A DNA stretch of 64,000 bases from a virus. Location: IMG/VR virus record IMGVR_UViG_3300046787_000129, positions 1 through 64,000 of that record. One strand, written 5' to 3'. Position numbers and translations under genes: made by a program. Below, piece by piece: positions 33,512 through 43,899 of the stretch. The notes below the pieces were generated by a model. The model was not told the origin of the DNA, made no database searches, and saw only the letters and a program-made list of their open reading frames with translations. How positions within the stretch are numbered: position 1 is the stretch's first letter; each line of letters opens with the position of its first letter.

Positions 33512-33743
33512 ACCAGTAAGGCCATGGGACCTCTTCAATAAAAATAAGGAGAGAGCCTCAGCAGAGCTAAAAGAGAAGCGTATGGAGATTTGCAGAAGTT
33601 GTGAGTTCTTTGTATCTCTGACGCAGCAGTGCAAGAAGTGTGGATGCATTATGCCAGCAAAGACAATGCTAACAGAGGCATACTGTCCAGTACACAAATG
33701 GGAAGCAGAGCTTCCAAACGATAACTTACCATTCAAGGAATAG
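33498..33743 (+). CDS. DUF6171-like Cys protein, paralog 3
   Basis: RPWDL...CRSC...QCKKCGCIMPAKT....CP..KW. Confidence 0.75.
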   Translation: MSEAKPVRPWDLFNKNKERASAELKEKRMEICRSCEFFVSLTQQCKKCGCIMPAKTMLTEAYCPVHKWEAELPNDNLPFKE

Positions 33744-33745
33744 CA

Positions 33746-34789
33746 GTGAAAATAGCCGTATACACCATAGCATTAAACGAAGAGCAGTTTGTAGAGCGTT
33801 GGGCAGAGTCAGCAAAGGACGCTGACTACCTATACATTCTAGATACTGGCTCTACGGATGCCACCGTGTCTAAGGCTAAAGATCTTGGGGTAGTTGTTAA
33901 CGTTGCTTCGATTAAGCCATGGAGATTCGATGATGCTAGGAATACATCTCTATCTCTGCTACCAGATGACGTAGATATTTGCATCGCACTTGACATGGAC
34001 GAAGTCCTAGTTCCAGGCTGGAGAGAAGAGCTAGAGAAGATAAAACCAGAAACAACAAGACCTAGATACCAGTACACATGGTCCTGGTCAGAAGATGGTA
34101 AGCCAGGTTTGCAGTATGGTGGAGACAAGATCCACGCACGTCATGGATACCGCTGGAAGCACCCAGTGCACGAAGTAATAACTGCAGATCGAATTGAAGA
34201 GGTGCAGGAATGGATTGGTCTAGAGATTCACCACTATCCAGACAACACTAAATCACGTGGACAGTACTTCCCACTACTTGAGCTTTCTACAAAAGAAGAT
34301 CCGCTAGATGATCGCAATGCTTTTTATCTAGGAAGAGAGTACTTCTTCTATCAGCGTTATGCCGAGGCATCCAAAGAACTTAGAAGACACCTATCACTTC
34401 CTAAAGCAGTCTGGGCACCAGAGCGAGCAGCGTCCATGAGATACCTTGCTAAGGCCGAACCAGAGAATACCAGGGAATGGCTAGAGAAAGCTATCAAAGA
34501 GTCTCCAGGACGCCGTGAGGCCCTTGTAGAGCTATCTCAGTATTTCTACATCCGCAACGATTGGCAGAACTGTTACTGGAGAGCTCTAGATGCAATAGCA
34601 ATCGTAGAAAAGCCGCTAGACTATCTATGCGAAGAGTTCGCCTGGGGAGCCCTACCATTTGATCTTGCTGCAATAAGTGCCTGGAACTTGGGGTTCAAAG
34701 AAGAGGCGGTAAGGTATGGAGAAAAAGCCCTAGAACTTGACCCAGAAAACCAAAGACTCAGAGATAACGTCAAATATTACGGTCTATAA
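33746..34789 (+). CDS. GT2 glycosyltransferase with TPR repeats
   Basis: IALNEE...DTGSTD...F..ARN...LDMDE...VHE; C-terminal TPRs. Confidence 0.88.
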   Translation: MKIAVYTIALNEEQFVERWAESAKDADYLYILDTGSTDATVSKAKDLGVVVNVASIKPWRFDDARNTSLSLLPDDVDICIALDMDEVLVPGWREELEKIKPETTRPRYQYTWSWSEDGKPGLQYGGDKIHARHGYRWKHPVHEVITADRIEEVQEWIGLEIHHYPDNTKSRGQYFPLLELSTKEDPLDDRNAFYLGREYFFYQRYAEASKELRRHLSLPKAVWAPERAASMRYLAKAEPENTREWLEKAIKESPGRREALVELSQYFYIRNDWQNCYWRALDAIAIVEKPLDYLCEEFAWGALPFDLAAISAWNLGFKEEAVRYGEKALELDPENQRLRDNVKYYGL

Positions 34790-34810
34790 TCAATGGTATA
34801 ATTAAATATC

Positions 34811-35257
34811 ATGGCAAGACTAGATATCTCTACCGTAAAATCCTACTTTGAATCAGGTGACCGTCCTACTGGACAGAACTACGCTGACCTGATTGACACG
34901 CTCATTCAGCAGTCTACAGATCTTGGATCTGCTGGAAACAATGAGCAAACTATCAACGGTATTGAGAATGTTACAGTCGTAGATTCTTTTACAGCATCTA
35001 CATGGAGAATGGTTAAGTACCTAGTGTCCATTTCAAAGACATCTAGCGGAGATAATAAATTCTATGCCACAGAGCTTACCGTACTAATTGACCAAACAAA
35101 TATCAGTGTTAGTCAGTATGGCATTATAGACAACGATGGGGATATTGGAACCATTAGTGTCTCAAAGGATGGAAGCTTAGTAAAACTAATACTAACACCC
35201 AATCCTGCAGTTACGCCTGTTACCGTGCGATTCAGTCGCATGGGACTCAAGGCCTAA
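34811..35257 (+). CDS. virion structural protein
   Basis: FESGDRPT...YADLID N-terminus; beta-rich C-domain shared with 35275. Confidence 0.65.
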   Translation: MARLDISTVKSYFESGDRPTGQNYADLIDTLIQQSTDLGSAGNNEQTINGIENVTVVDSFTASTWRMVKYLVSISKTSSGDNKFYATELTVLIDQTNISVSQYGIIDNDGDIGTISVSKDGSLVKLILTPNPAVTPVTVRFSRMGLKA

Positions 35258-35274
35258 AATAAGGAGATAAAAAA

Positions 35275-36663
35275 ATGGCAACAGTTGACAAAAACTTTAA
35301 AGTCAAACACGGACTGATTGTAGAAGGCACAACAGCAACCGTAAACGGTGAGGACATCCTTACCACAGCAAGCACCACTAGCGATCTAGGCGAAGGTACT
35401 AATCTTTACTTTACCGATCAAAGAGCTATCGATGCAGTATCATCTAGCGTTTCTTCAGCAGTTTCAACAGCTATCAATGCACTTACCACAGACGACATTG
35501 AAGAAGGTTCTAGCAACCTATACTTCACAAACCAGCGAGCACTTGATGCAACATCATCGGCATACGATGCTGCAGGAGCAGCCTCTTCTGCACAAACTGC
35601 AGCACAGTCTTATGCAGATGGTCTTGCTATTAATTACGATGCAGCAGGGGCAGCAGCAACGGCAGAGTCAAATGCTAACTCTTACACAGACACTGCAGTT
35701 TCAAACCTTGTTAATGGTGCACCAGCACTACTAGATACCCTTAACGAGCTAGCCGCAGCAATCAATGATGACGCATCATTCGCAACTACGGTTGCTACTC
35801 AGATTGGCGAGAAGCAAGACACCTTGACCGCTGGAACAGCAATCGATATAGATGCTTCTACTGACACCATCTCTGTAAAGGTTAAGCCTAATGCCGCAAT
35901 TCAGGTAAACGCTAGCAATGAGATATTCCTTCAGGCTGGAGATGGTCTTTTTGAAAGTCCAATGACTGGAACCCTTCATGTCGGCCGAGGAACTGGTGTT
36001 ACTCTAGAAAATGAGGGTACTGCCATAGCAGTAGACACAACTGTAATCGCCTCTGTGTCTTACGTGGATACTAACTTTGTTAATGTTGCAGACCTACCAG
36101 GACAGCTAGATGACTATGTTCCAGTAACTGAAAAGGGTGCCGCTCTTGGAGTTGCAACCCTGGATGCAAGCGGATATGTTCCAGCCTCACAGCTAAACAT
36201 CGACGTGTCTGGAGACATCACTACAGCAATTAATGCCCTAACAACATCTGACATTGAAGAGGGAACAAATCTATACTTCACTAACACTCGTGCAGTAGAT
36301 GCTCTAGAGGCAGTTGTTCCAAACTTCACAGCAGTAGAGCTTAACTCTATTTCTAAGCAGATTGCTGCAACTGCTACAGTTACAGCTGCTACGTCAGCTA
36401 GCGTATACAGCTTCCGAGTAAGTGATTACAAAGTTGCAAAGTTCTTGGTTAAGGTTTCAGATGGATCAAACGTCGAGGTATCTGAGGTGCTATTGGCTGT
36501 AGACTCATCTGACAACATATCAATTACCGAGTATGGAAACGTTGCATCTAACGCATCGCTATCATCAATCTCGGCATCATATGTTGGAGGATCTTTTATC
36601 TCTCTAGATGTGACTCCAGTATCAAACGGAACCGTAAAGGTCTTCGGAACACTTATCGTCTAG
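35275..36663 (+). CDS. fibre/virion structural protein
   Basis: KNFKVKHGL N-terminus; three EG.NLYFT..RA repeats; APALLDTLNELAAAINDD fibre motif. Confidence 0.75.
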   Translation: MATVDKNFKVKHGLIVEGTTATVNGEDILTTASTTSDLGEGTNLYFTDQRAIDAVSSSVSSAVSTAINALTTDDIEEGSSNLYFTNQRALDATSSAYDAAGAASSAQTAAQSYADGLAINYDAAGAAATAESNANSYTDTAVSNLVNGAPALLDTLNELAAAINDDASFATTVATQIGEKQDTLTAGTAIDIDASTDTISVKVKPNAAIQVNASNEIFLQAGDGLFESPMTGTLHVGRGTGVTLENEGTAIAVDTTVIASVSYVDTNFVNVADLPGQLDDYVPVTEKGAALGVATLDASGYVPASQLNIDVSGDITTAINALTTSDIEEGTNLYFTNTRAVDALEAVVPNFTAVELNSISKQIAATATVTAATSASVYSFRVSDYKVAKFLVKVSDGSNVEVSEVLLAVDSSDNISITEYGNVASNASLSSISASYVGGSFISLDVTPVSNGTVKVFGTLIV

Positions 36664-36675
36664 TTAGTTAAGTTA

Positions 36676-36712
36676 TAGAATACCCCATCATTAGTTTGGT
36701 GGGGTATTTCTA
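36676..36712 (+). terminator. intrinsic terminator
   Basis: AATACCCCATCA/TGGTGGGGTATT hairpin. Confidence 0.65.
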
Positions 36713-36746
36713 TTTATCTAAGTTAAGTATGGTAAAATAGACTATC

Positions 36747-39700
36747 ATGGCAAATCCTTCCAATCTGTATGCTGAAAAAGTATTTAGCGAACATCCAATA
36801 TCTCTATGGGCTCTAGACGACCAGGTAGACTATATTTCGCTAATTACTGACACACAAAGACATATCGAAAATTGGACGGTAACAGGGGCAACCGCCACCA
36901 ACAACTCCTCAGCAGTAGACGATCCATTTCCAACAAGCCCAACTACAAAGTTTGTAGCTACACTACCATCTACGCAGTATGGCCAGATAAAAGTAGTCAG
37001 CCCTAACCTGATTAAGTTTGAAGACCTTTCTTCAGCACTAGAAACATTTTCTATCGGTACATACATCTACTCTTTGAATAATCCAATCAGCTATGAGATA
37101 GGCTACGAGTTTACAGATGCAGTCTCTAGCAATACCGTAGAGGTCACCAAAAGATACGAGAGCGAAATTACTGGCAAGTGGCTGTTCGTATCTGAGACAT
37201 TTAAGAGTGATAAGATCGGTAATGATCCAGAGTACGTTAGGCTAGTAATAAAGATAAACTACATAGTCTCTGGAAGTCCAGTAGGAGGATATGTCTTCTA
37301 TGTAAATGGAACTTCTTTTGGACAGTGGTCAGAAGAGTTTGCTACCACGTCACTTGGGCAATCAGCTACAGACCTTCCATCAGCTCTATCAAGCCTTAAC
37401 ACAGAAATATCTACTGGAGTACCTGCAAACCAAAAGAAAATAACTGCAGCAGCATACGGACTAAGCGATTCAAACGGATACTACCTAACTGACGGTCACT
37501 CAATGTTTGCTAAAAACTTCGGGGTACCACTAGTCTATGGAGCATCTAGCTCAACAGCCATATTCCCAAATCATAATGGACTTAGACCATCGTTAGTCCT
37601 ACCAAGCCAAGGATTTCTAAATAACTCTGGACGATATAACGACTATACAGCAGAGTTCTGGGTTAGACTAGACAATAGATCATCCGCACCAAGAAGAATC
37701 TTCGGTCCAATCGTAGAGTCAGCTTACCTAGCAGACTCCGAAGCATTGTCAACAATATATCCAGACGGAATATACGTAGACGGTCCTTTTGTAAAGATAA
37801 AGGTCGGAGACTCCATAGGATCCCACTTTGTCGGGGAATGGTCAAGACCAATGCTATTCGACTTCAAGGTAGCAGACGGAGTAGCAGGCTTGATGATAAA
37901 TGGAGAGCAAGTAATCTCTATGACCATAGACCTGAAAACACTATCTCTTCCAGCAGAGTCAGTATACGTATCTGGCATATCAGATCTACAGGATCAAAAC
38001 TGGGTAGGCTTCTACGCCTACGACGATATCCCTAAGATAGAAATCGATTGTGTTGCAATCTATAGCTATCAGGTTTCAGCAGTTTTAGCTAAACGTAGAT
38101 TTGCATATGGGCAGGCGGTAGAGTTTCCAGAAGGAGCTAACACAGCCTACGGAGGAACCTCAGCATTTATTGACTACCCATTTGCTAGCTATACCAATAA
38201 CTACTCTTATCCAGATGTAGGCAAGTTCGGTAGCGGTATTGTAGACAACGCTACAATATCAACAAAGTCAATATCTTCGCCACAGTTCAGCTTGCCAGAA
38301 ATAGTTTTCCTAGATAACCAAACTACTTTAGATTCTTGGAACGAGCACAACCAAGCATTGTCAGCAACCGCAGGTATTCCAGCCGCATCCTTCGGTTCCG
38401 AATATGAGGGGTATCTATTCTTTAGCAAGCTAAACGTATTAAAGGAAGATGTAAAGGCAGTATACGGAATCTTCACAGCTTATGAGCATCCTTCAGAGAA
38501 GCAGCTTCTGATAAAGATACAGAATAGAACAACTGGAGATTACTTTCAGTCCTACATTCTAGGAAACCAGGTGTTCTATGAGCTAAAGTTCAATGGGGCA
38601 TCACCAGAAACACTTTATAGTGAGGGTGAATTTGTAATAGGAGACCAGATCTTCTGTAACATAGATATAGAGGCTTTAACATCATTCTATGGATCAGACA
38701 TAACCGCTTTCTTTGGAAACAAGTCTCAGCTTATGATGTATGTTGGATCAACTCCAGACTTTGATATCACCTTTAATGGTCAGATAAATAAAATAGGTTT
38801 CTGTACTGCCAAGAATCTAAAGGCTATCAAGAAGTACTTTAACAATACATTCTCTGGGGTTCCAGGCTACGATGCAGGAGAGTCTTACTATGGATCTTTG
38901 GCATCATTCTGGAGCGAAATCGTAGATGGAGGATCGCCATCTGGATCTTTTATTAACTCAGGTTTATACTCACACACAGCAAGCTATACCCTGGTGCCAA
39001 AGAATAACTATGGAAACTTCGGGCTTTCTATTGCAACCAGCTCGTACTGGGAAGACTATGTGCCACTCTCATTCCTATCTCAATACGTAGACGGTATTTC
39101 TGGCGACAGTACATACGACCTAGACTTTATTCAGTTCAATATTGGCTATCCAGCACTCCCAGTTTACAGCGGTAGTGCTTATGATACTTCATCATCACTA
39201 GTAAAGACATACGTAACTTTTAGATATGCATCAGAGGCACCATCAAACTTCGAAGACAAGTATGTAAATACGATACCTGCTCAAAAAAATGGTGTGGTAT
39301 CTCCTGGAACATATGTCATTGGCTATACAGACCAGAACGCACCAATATATGATAACTTCTACAACACTAGATATGAGGTTGTAGATGGGCTAATCATCTA
39401 TCCACCAGCTGGGGTAAACGTAAACAAGCTTGTAATGGCTACACATATACAGATAGTTACAGATGGAGCACAGGAGTCTCAGGTAAAGATAAAGTCTTTG
39501 CAGTACGCATCAGAGTCTTTCAATAGCTACATCCCAAATCCAATCGGTACCAGATTTGGAAACAAGATTTACCCGTATAGGAAGTATGGTCTATACTACG
39601 ACTACAACGGTAGAAACCCTTATAGAATCTACAAGGGCAGCACGCCATACCTTTACCTGACGAGAGACAGCGGAATTCAGAAGGTTGGAGACTCTAACTC

Positions 39701-40403
39701 ACTGATAAGTAGCGGTCTAGAGATGCCTATCAATGAGAACGTAGCAGATGAATACAAGATAATTGCTATGCAGATGGCAATAAGGTTTAATGCGGAAAGC
39801 TTCCCTACAGTTGCAACTCAGATATTTGAAATACAGGGTAAGGATTCTTACACTAGGTTCTTCGTTGTAGCTAATGATACCTCTGGTAAGCGAGGTAGAA
39901 TCTATGCTATAAACTCTAAGACTGGACAAGTTGAGAATGGCATCGCCTTCTACCTGAATGGAAACTTGGTAAGAGAGCCAGTAATATCTCTAGAGTCCTG
40001 GGCGTTCCTAGGAATAAACTTCCAGAAGAGCATAGACCTAAACGGCTATGTCGGGGCATTTAGAATAACTGGACAAATGCTAACTAACATTGTCTCTATC
40101 TATAAGTCAACAAACCTACAAGAGGTACAGAAGAGCGACTTCAGACCTTGGTCAATGATTAAAACATCAGCACTTGTAGGAGACCTAGCTTGGTCGTACT
40201 GGAAGAGCAACTTTACCTGGAATGGTCTACTAGTGGCGGCATCTCTGGATTACTATGGAATTGACCCGTCTACAATATATAAGATTTATACTGGAACTAA
40301 CAAACTAATCGTTGATGACTCTAGAAAGATTAAGGTCGCTGACTACGAGTATGGCATTTATAGCTATGGGGCTACAAATGCAAAAATTATCAATGCCGTT
40401 TAA
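36747..40403 (+). CDS. large virion protein with LamG/concanavalin-like domains
   Basis: 1218 aa; HPISLWALDD, YTAEFWVR. Confidence 0.65.
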   Translation: MANPSNLYAEKVFSEHPISLWALDDQVDYISLITDTQRHIENWTVTGATATNNSSAVDDPFPTSPTTKFVATLPSTQYGQIKVVSPNLIKFEDLSSALETFSIGTYIYSLNNPISYEIGYEFTDAVSSNTVEVTKRYESEITGKWLFVSETFKSDKIGNDPEYVRLVIKINYIVSGSPVGGYVFYVNGTSFGQWSEEFATTSLGQSATDLPSALSSLNTEISTGVPANQKKITAAAYGLSDSNGYYLTDGHSMFAKNFGVPLVYGASSSTAIFPNHNGLRPSLVLPSQGFLNNSGRYNDYTAEFWVRLDNRSSAPRRIFGPIVESAYLADSEALSTIYPDGIYVDGPFVKIKVGDSIGSHFVGEWSRPMLFDFKVADGVAGLMINGEQVISMTIDLKTLSLPAESVYVSGISDLQDQNWVGFYAYDDIPKIEIDCVAIYSYQVSAVLAKRRFAYGQAVEFPEGANTAYGGTSAFIDYPFASYTNNYSYPDVGKFGSGIVDNATISTKSISSPQFSLPEIVFLDNQTTLDSWNEHNQALSATAGIPAASFGSEYEGYLFFSKLNVLKEDVKAVYGIFTAYEHPSEKQLLIKIQNRTTGDYFQSYILGNQVFYELKFNGASPETLYSEGEFVIGDQIFCNIDIEALTSFYGSDITAFFGNKSQLMMYVGSTPDFDITFNGQINKIGFCTAKNLKAIKKYFNNTFSGVPGYDAGESYYGSLASFWSEIVDGGSPSGSFINSGLYSHTASYTLVPKNNYGNFGLSIATSSYWEDYVPLSFLSQYVDGISGDSTYDLDFIQFNIGYPALPVYSGSAYDTSSSLVKTYVTFRYASEAPSNFEDKYVNTIPAQKNGVVSPGTYVIGYTDQNAPIYDNFYNTRYEVVDGLIIYPPAGVNVNKLVMATHIQIVTDGAQESQVKIKSLQYASESFNSYIPNPIGTRFGNKIYPYRKYGLYYDYNGRNPYRIYKGSTPYLYLTRDSGIQKVGDSNSLISSGLEMPINENVADEYKIIAMQMAIRFNAESFPTVATQIFEIQGKDSYTRFFVVANDTSGKRGRIYAINSKTGQVENGIAFYLNGNLVREPVISLESWAFLGINFQKSIDLNGYVGAFRITGQMLTNIVSIYKSTNLQEVQKSDFRPWSMIKTSALVGDLAWSYWKSNFTWNGLLVAASLDYYGIDPSTIYKIYTGTNKLIVDDSRKIKVADYEYGIYSYGATNAKIINAV

Positions 40404-40421
40404 TATGGTATAATGGTGGTT

Positions 40422-40790
40422 ATGAATGATAAGTTTCCTGGACAAATTGGTGAATCAAAGATAACAGTACTAGACAAACAGTACGAATGGGGTATCTATT
40501 TCTGGAAAAAGGCTAACGGAAAGCCTTTTACCGACGGTAATGGAAGTGTTTTAAACATTCCATCTCACCGTGGAGATGCTCTACAGATCCGCAAACTAGA
40601 GCAAGAAGCACGTGCACTTGGACAGGGTGATGGCTCATACGAGTTCATGCCAGGTGTAGAAAGAGTCTCAGAAGATGAGTATGCAGAGCAAGTTGAGCGT
40701 ATGAAGAGCGGACTTATTCCAAACCTTAACGACCTTGGTGCTGTTCAAGCTGCCAAGGATACAATTGCTATGTACGGAAGTGACGATTAA
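40422..40790 (+). CDS. hypothetical protein preceding portal (leaderless)
   Basis: ATG 7 nt after TGGTATAAT. Confidence 0.65.
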   Translation: MNDKFPGQIGESKITVLDKQYEWGIYFWKKANGKPFTDGNGSVLNIPSHRGDALQIRKLEQEARALGQGDGSYEFMPGVERVSEDEYAEQVERMKSGLIPNLNDLGAVQAAKDTIAMYGSDD

Positions 40791-42451
40791 TGTCAGAATA
40801 TGAACACTACATCAGAGATATCGGCTTGCCTGAGTTTGAGCAAGAAGCAGATATCTTCAAGGCTCAGGACCCATTCAATAAGACTTGGGATGACCTCAAG
40901 GGACTGACTGGCCTAGACAAGAACTTTAAGCGTCGCAACGATCGTATTGCTAAGGCAAGCGTTTCAGACCAGACCTACGCCACTGACGTATCGTCTACTG
41001 GATACCAGAACGTAGACACCACACGTCCACAGTACCAGGACTCAGCACTTGCAGTTCGCCAGGGTATCAATGGAGCACACTCTAAAGAGATTAATCCAGG
41101 ACTAGTTTATCGTAATGGATATGGCATGTTTGATGTCATTACTCCACCATGGAACCTGTATGAGCTTGCAAACTTCTATGACACCTCATTCGCTAACCAC
41201 GCAGCTATTGATGCAAAGGTAGAGAACATTGTTGGTCTAGGATATGACTTCGAGATCTCTAAGCGTACACAGATGTCGCTAGAGTCTCAGGAGAACGCCT
41301 CTGCAGCAGAAAAGGCTCGTAAGAGAATTGAACGTGCAAAGGTAGAGCTTCGTGACTGGGTAGAAAACCTAAACCAGGACGACTCATTCACTAACACCCT
41401 GATGAAGTTCTTTACTGACGTACAGGCAACTGGAAACGGATACCTAGAAATCGGTAGAACTACCACTGGTGCAATTGGTTATGTAGGACACATTCCTGCA
41501 ACCACAATGCGTGTACGCAGACTACGTGATGGCTACGTTCAGATTATTGGCCAGAAGGTTGTCTACTTCAGAAACTTCGGGGCAAAGAACCAGAATCCAG
41601 TGACAGCAGATCCACGTCCAAATGAGATTATTCACTATAAGGAATACTCTCCGCTAAACACTTTCTACGGTGTGCCAGATATTATGGCAGCCATTTCATC
41701 GCTTCATGGGGATCAACTAGCATCGCAGTACAACATTGACTACTTTGGTAATAAGGCTGTACCACGATATGTAGTCACTCTAAAGGGTGCAAAGCTGTCT
41801 GAGGAAGCGGAAGATAAAATGTTCCGATTCTTACAAACTAACTTAAAGGGTTCGAATCACAGAACACTATACATTCCGCTTCCTCCAGATAGTGATAACA
41901 ACAAGGTTGAATTCAAGATGGAGCCAATCGAGAATGGTGTCCAGGAGGCATCGTTCAACGAATACCGCAAGCGTAACCGTGACGACATTCTTGTTGCACA
42001 CCAAGTTCCACTGTCAAAGATTGGTGGAGGAGACTCTTCTGCTATTGCGGCGGCACTTGCACAAGACCGTACATTCAAGGAGCAGGTTGCAAGACCAGCA
42101 CAGACTAATCTAGCAAAGATGATTAACAAGATCATCCACGAGAAGACAGACATCCTTGATCTAAAGTTCAACGAGCTTACTCTTACAGATGAGATCTCTC
42201 AGTCACAGATTCTTACAGAGTATGTAAAGAACAAGATTATGGTTCCTAACGAAGCTCGTACAGTTCTAGGTCTACCACACATCGACGGTGGAGATGTTCC
42301 TATGGAAATGACTCCACGTCAGGCTACCGATGCACGTGCAAACAACGCAGGTAACCGTGAAAGAGACTCGCAGAGAGCAGCAAATTCTTCAGATGGAGTA
42401 ACAACTACCACAGGAAGAAATGCCAAAGGTGAAGGAAGAAGCTCCGAATAA
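40790..42451 (+). CDS. portal protein
   Basis: GNGYLEI...EIIHYK...YGVP...YF.N.AVP...ILVAHQVP...NEAR..LGLP.I.GGD. Confidence 0.92.
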   Translation: MSEYEHYIRDIGLPEFEQEADIFKAQDPFNKTWDDLKGLTGLDKNFKRRNDRIAKASVSDQTYATDVSSTGYQNVDTTRPQYQDSALAVRQGINGAHSKEINPGLVYRNGYGMFDVITPPWNLYELANFYDTSFANHAAIDAKVENIVGLGYDFEISKRTQMSLESQENASAAEKARKRIERAKVELRDWVENLNQDDSFTNTLMKFFTDVQATGNGYLEIGRTTTGAIGYVGHIPATTMRVRRLRDGYVQIIGQKVVYFRNFGAKNQNPVTADPRPNEIIHYKEYSPLNTFYGVPDIMAAISSLHGDQLASQYNIDYFGNKAVPRYVVTLKGAKLSEEAEDKMFRFLQTNLKGSNHRTLYIPLPPDSDNNKVEFKMEPIENGVQEASFNEYRKRNRDDILVAHQVPLSKIGGGDSSAIAAALAQDRTFKEQVARPAQTNLAKMINKIIHEKTDILDLKFNELTLTDEISQSQILTEYVKNKIMVPNEARTVLGLPHIDGGDVPMEMTPRQATDARANNAGNRERDSQRAANSSDGVTTTTGRNAKGEGRSSE

Positions 42452-42509
42452 TTTAAAGTGTGATAAACTATTATTGTTACATTATAAAAAGGGCTTATAA
42501 TTAATTACC

Positions 42510-43874
42510 ATGACTATTGCTAAAGCACATTGGGATACCGAAGGCGAGAACGTTCGTCTATCGATGCCATTCAGTAAAGTAGATCAGGAACGTCGTATCG
42601 TTTCTGGATTTGCCACACTTGACAACGTTGACCGCCAGGCAGACATCGTAACTACAGAAGCCAGCCTACAAGCCTTCGCTAAATTCCGAGGGAACATCCG
42701 TGAGATGCACCAGCCTATTGCTATTGGCAAGATGATCTCTTTCAAAGAAGACAAGTACTTCGACCCAGAGACCAAGAAGTTCTACTCAGGCGTATATGTA
42801 TCTACATATATCTCAAAGGGTGCTCAGGACGCTTGGGAAAAGGTTCTTGATGGAACCTACACAGGCTTTTCTATCGGCGGTAGAATGAACAAGTGGGATG
42901 ACGCACTAGACACAGTATCAGACAAGGCAGTTCGTATCATTAAGGACTATACCCTTACAGAGCTATCTCTAGTTGACAGTCCAGCAAACCAGTTTGCAAA
43001 TATCCTTTCAGTACAGAAGAATGCTGCTGGAGAATCTGTTGTCAAGGGTGACAATGTTGATGTTGCAATTGAAAATGTATTCTGGGACAAAGAGTCTGGA
43101 CTAGTACTCTTGTCAGAGAACGAAGTGGCGAACAGCCCTACTTCTGGTGCACCCATGCAAAATATAGGTTTCGTTGAAAAATCAGATAACGAAAAAACAG
43201 ATATGATAAAGTTCTTAGTTGATAGTGCTAAAGGCATTAGTACAATTGAGATTAACAAGGAGGTAAGTCCTATGACTGACACAACAAATGAAGTAGTTGT
43301 CGATGCCCCAGCCGAAGAGGTTGTAGCAGAAGACGTTGCTGTTGAAGAATCACAGGTCGCTCCAGAGGCAGAAGTAACAACTGATGTATCAGACGTAGCA
43401 GTAGAGAAGTCAGCAGATGCTGACGAGGATGACAAGCCTGGTTCAACCGTTCCTGAAGAGGCAGACGACATGTCTGGCGAAGAGGATGACAAGGAAGAGA
43501 CCAAGAAGTCAGACGCTACCGATGCTGAGAATCTAGAAGTTACAGTCAAGTCTGATGACACCTTCGATGCTGCAATTGCAGAAGTCAAAGATGTTGTCAC
43601 AAAGGCCTTTAGCGATCTAACTGCAGTTGTTCAAGCACAAGCTGAGCAGATTGCAGAACTAAGCAAGTCTATTGGAGCAGTAAAGAATGAGGTAACTGCA
43701 ACCAAGGGTGAGTTTAACGAGTTTGGTAAGCGTTTTGAAGCCGTAGAGGCTGACACCGCTTTCCGTAAGTCTGGCGATCTCGGTGAGATCGTACAGGAAA
43801 ATCCTCAGATGAACAAGTCTGATGATTCCCCATGGGGCGGACGTTTCCTCAAAACAGCCGATCTATTTAAGTAA
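42510..43874 (+). CDS. HK97-type prohead protease fused to acidic scaffold
   Basis: VSGFA...DRQAD...EMH...GFSIGG...ELSLVDSPANQ. Confidence 0.9.
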   Translation: MTIAKAHWDTEGENVRLSMPFSKVDQERRIVSGFATLDNVDRQADIVTTEASLQAFAKFRGNIREMHQPIAIGKMISFKEDKYFDPETKKFYSGVYVSTYISKGAQDAWEKVLDGTYTGFSIGGRMNKWDDALDTVSDKAVRIIKDYTLTELSLVDSPANQFANILSVQKNAAGESVVKGDNVDVAIENVFWDKESGLVLLSENEVANSPTSGAPMQNIGFVEKSDNEKTDMIKFLVDSAKGISTIEINKEVSPMTDTTNEVVVDAPAEEVVAEDVAVEESQVAPEAEVTTDVSDVAVEKSADADEDDKPGSTVPEEADDMSGEEDDKEETKKSDATDAENLEVTVKSDDTFDAAIAEVKDVVTKAFSDLTAVVQAQAEQIAELSKSIGAVKNEVTATKGEFNEFGKRFEAVEADTAFRKSGDLGEIVQENPQMNKSDDSPWGGRFLKTADLFK

Positions 43875-43899
43875 ACACAAAATCACAGGAGGTGACGAT

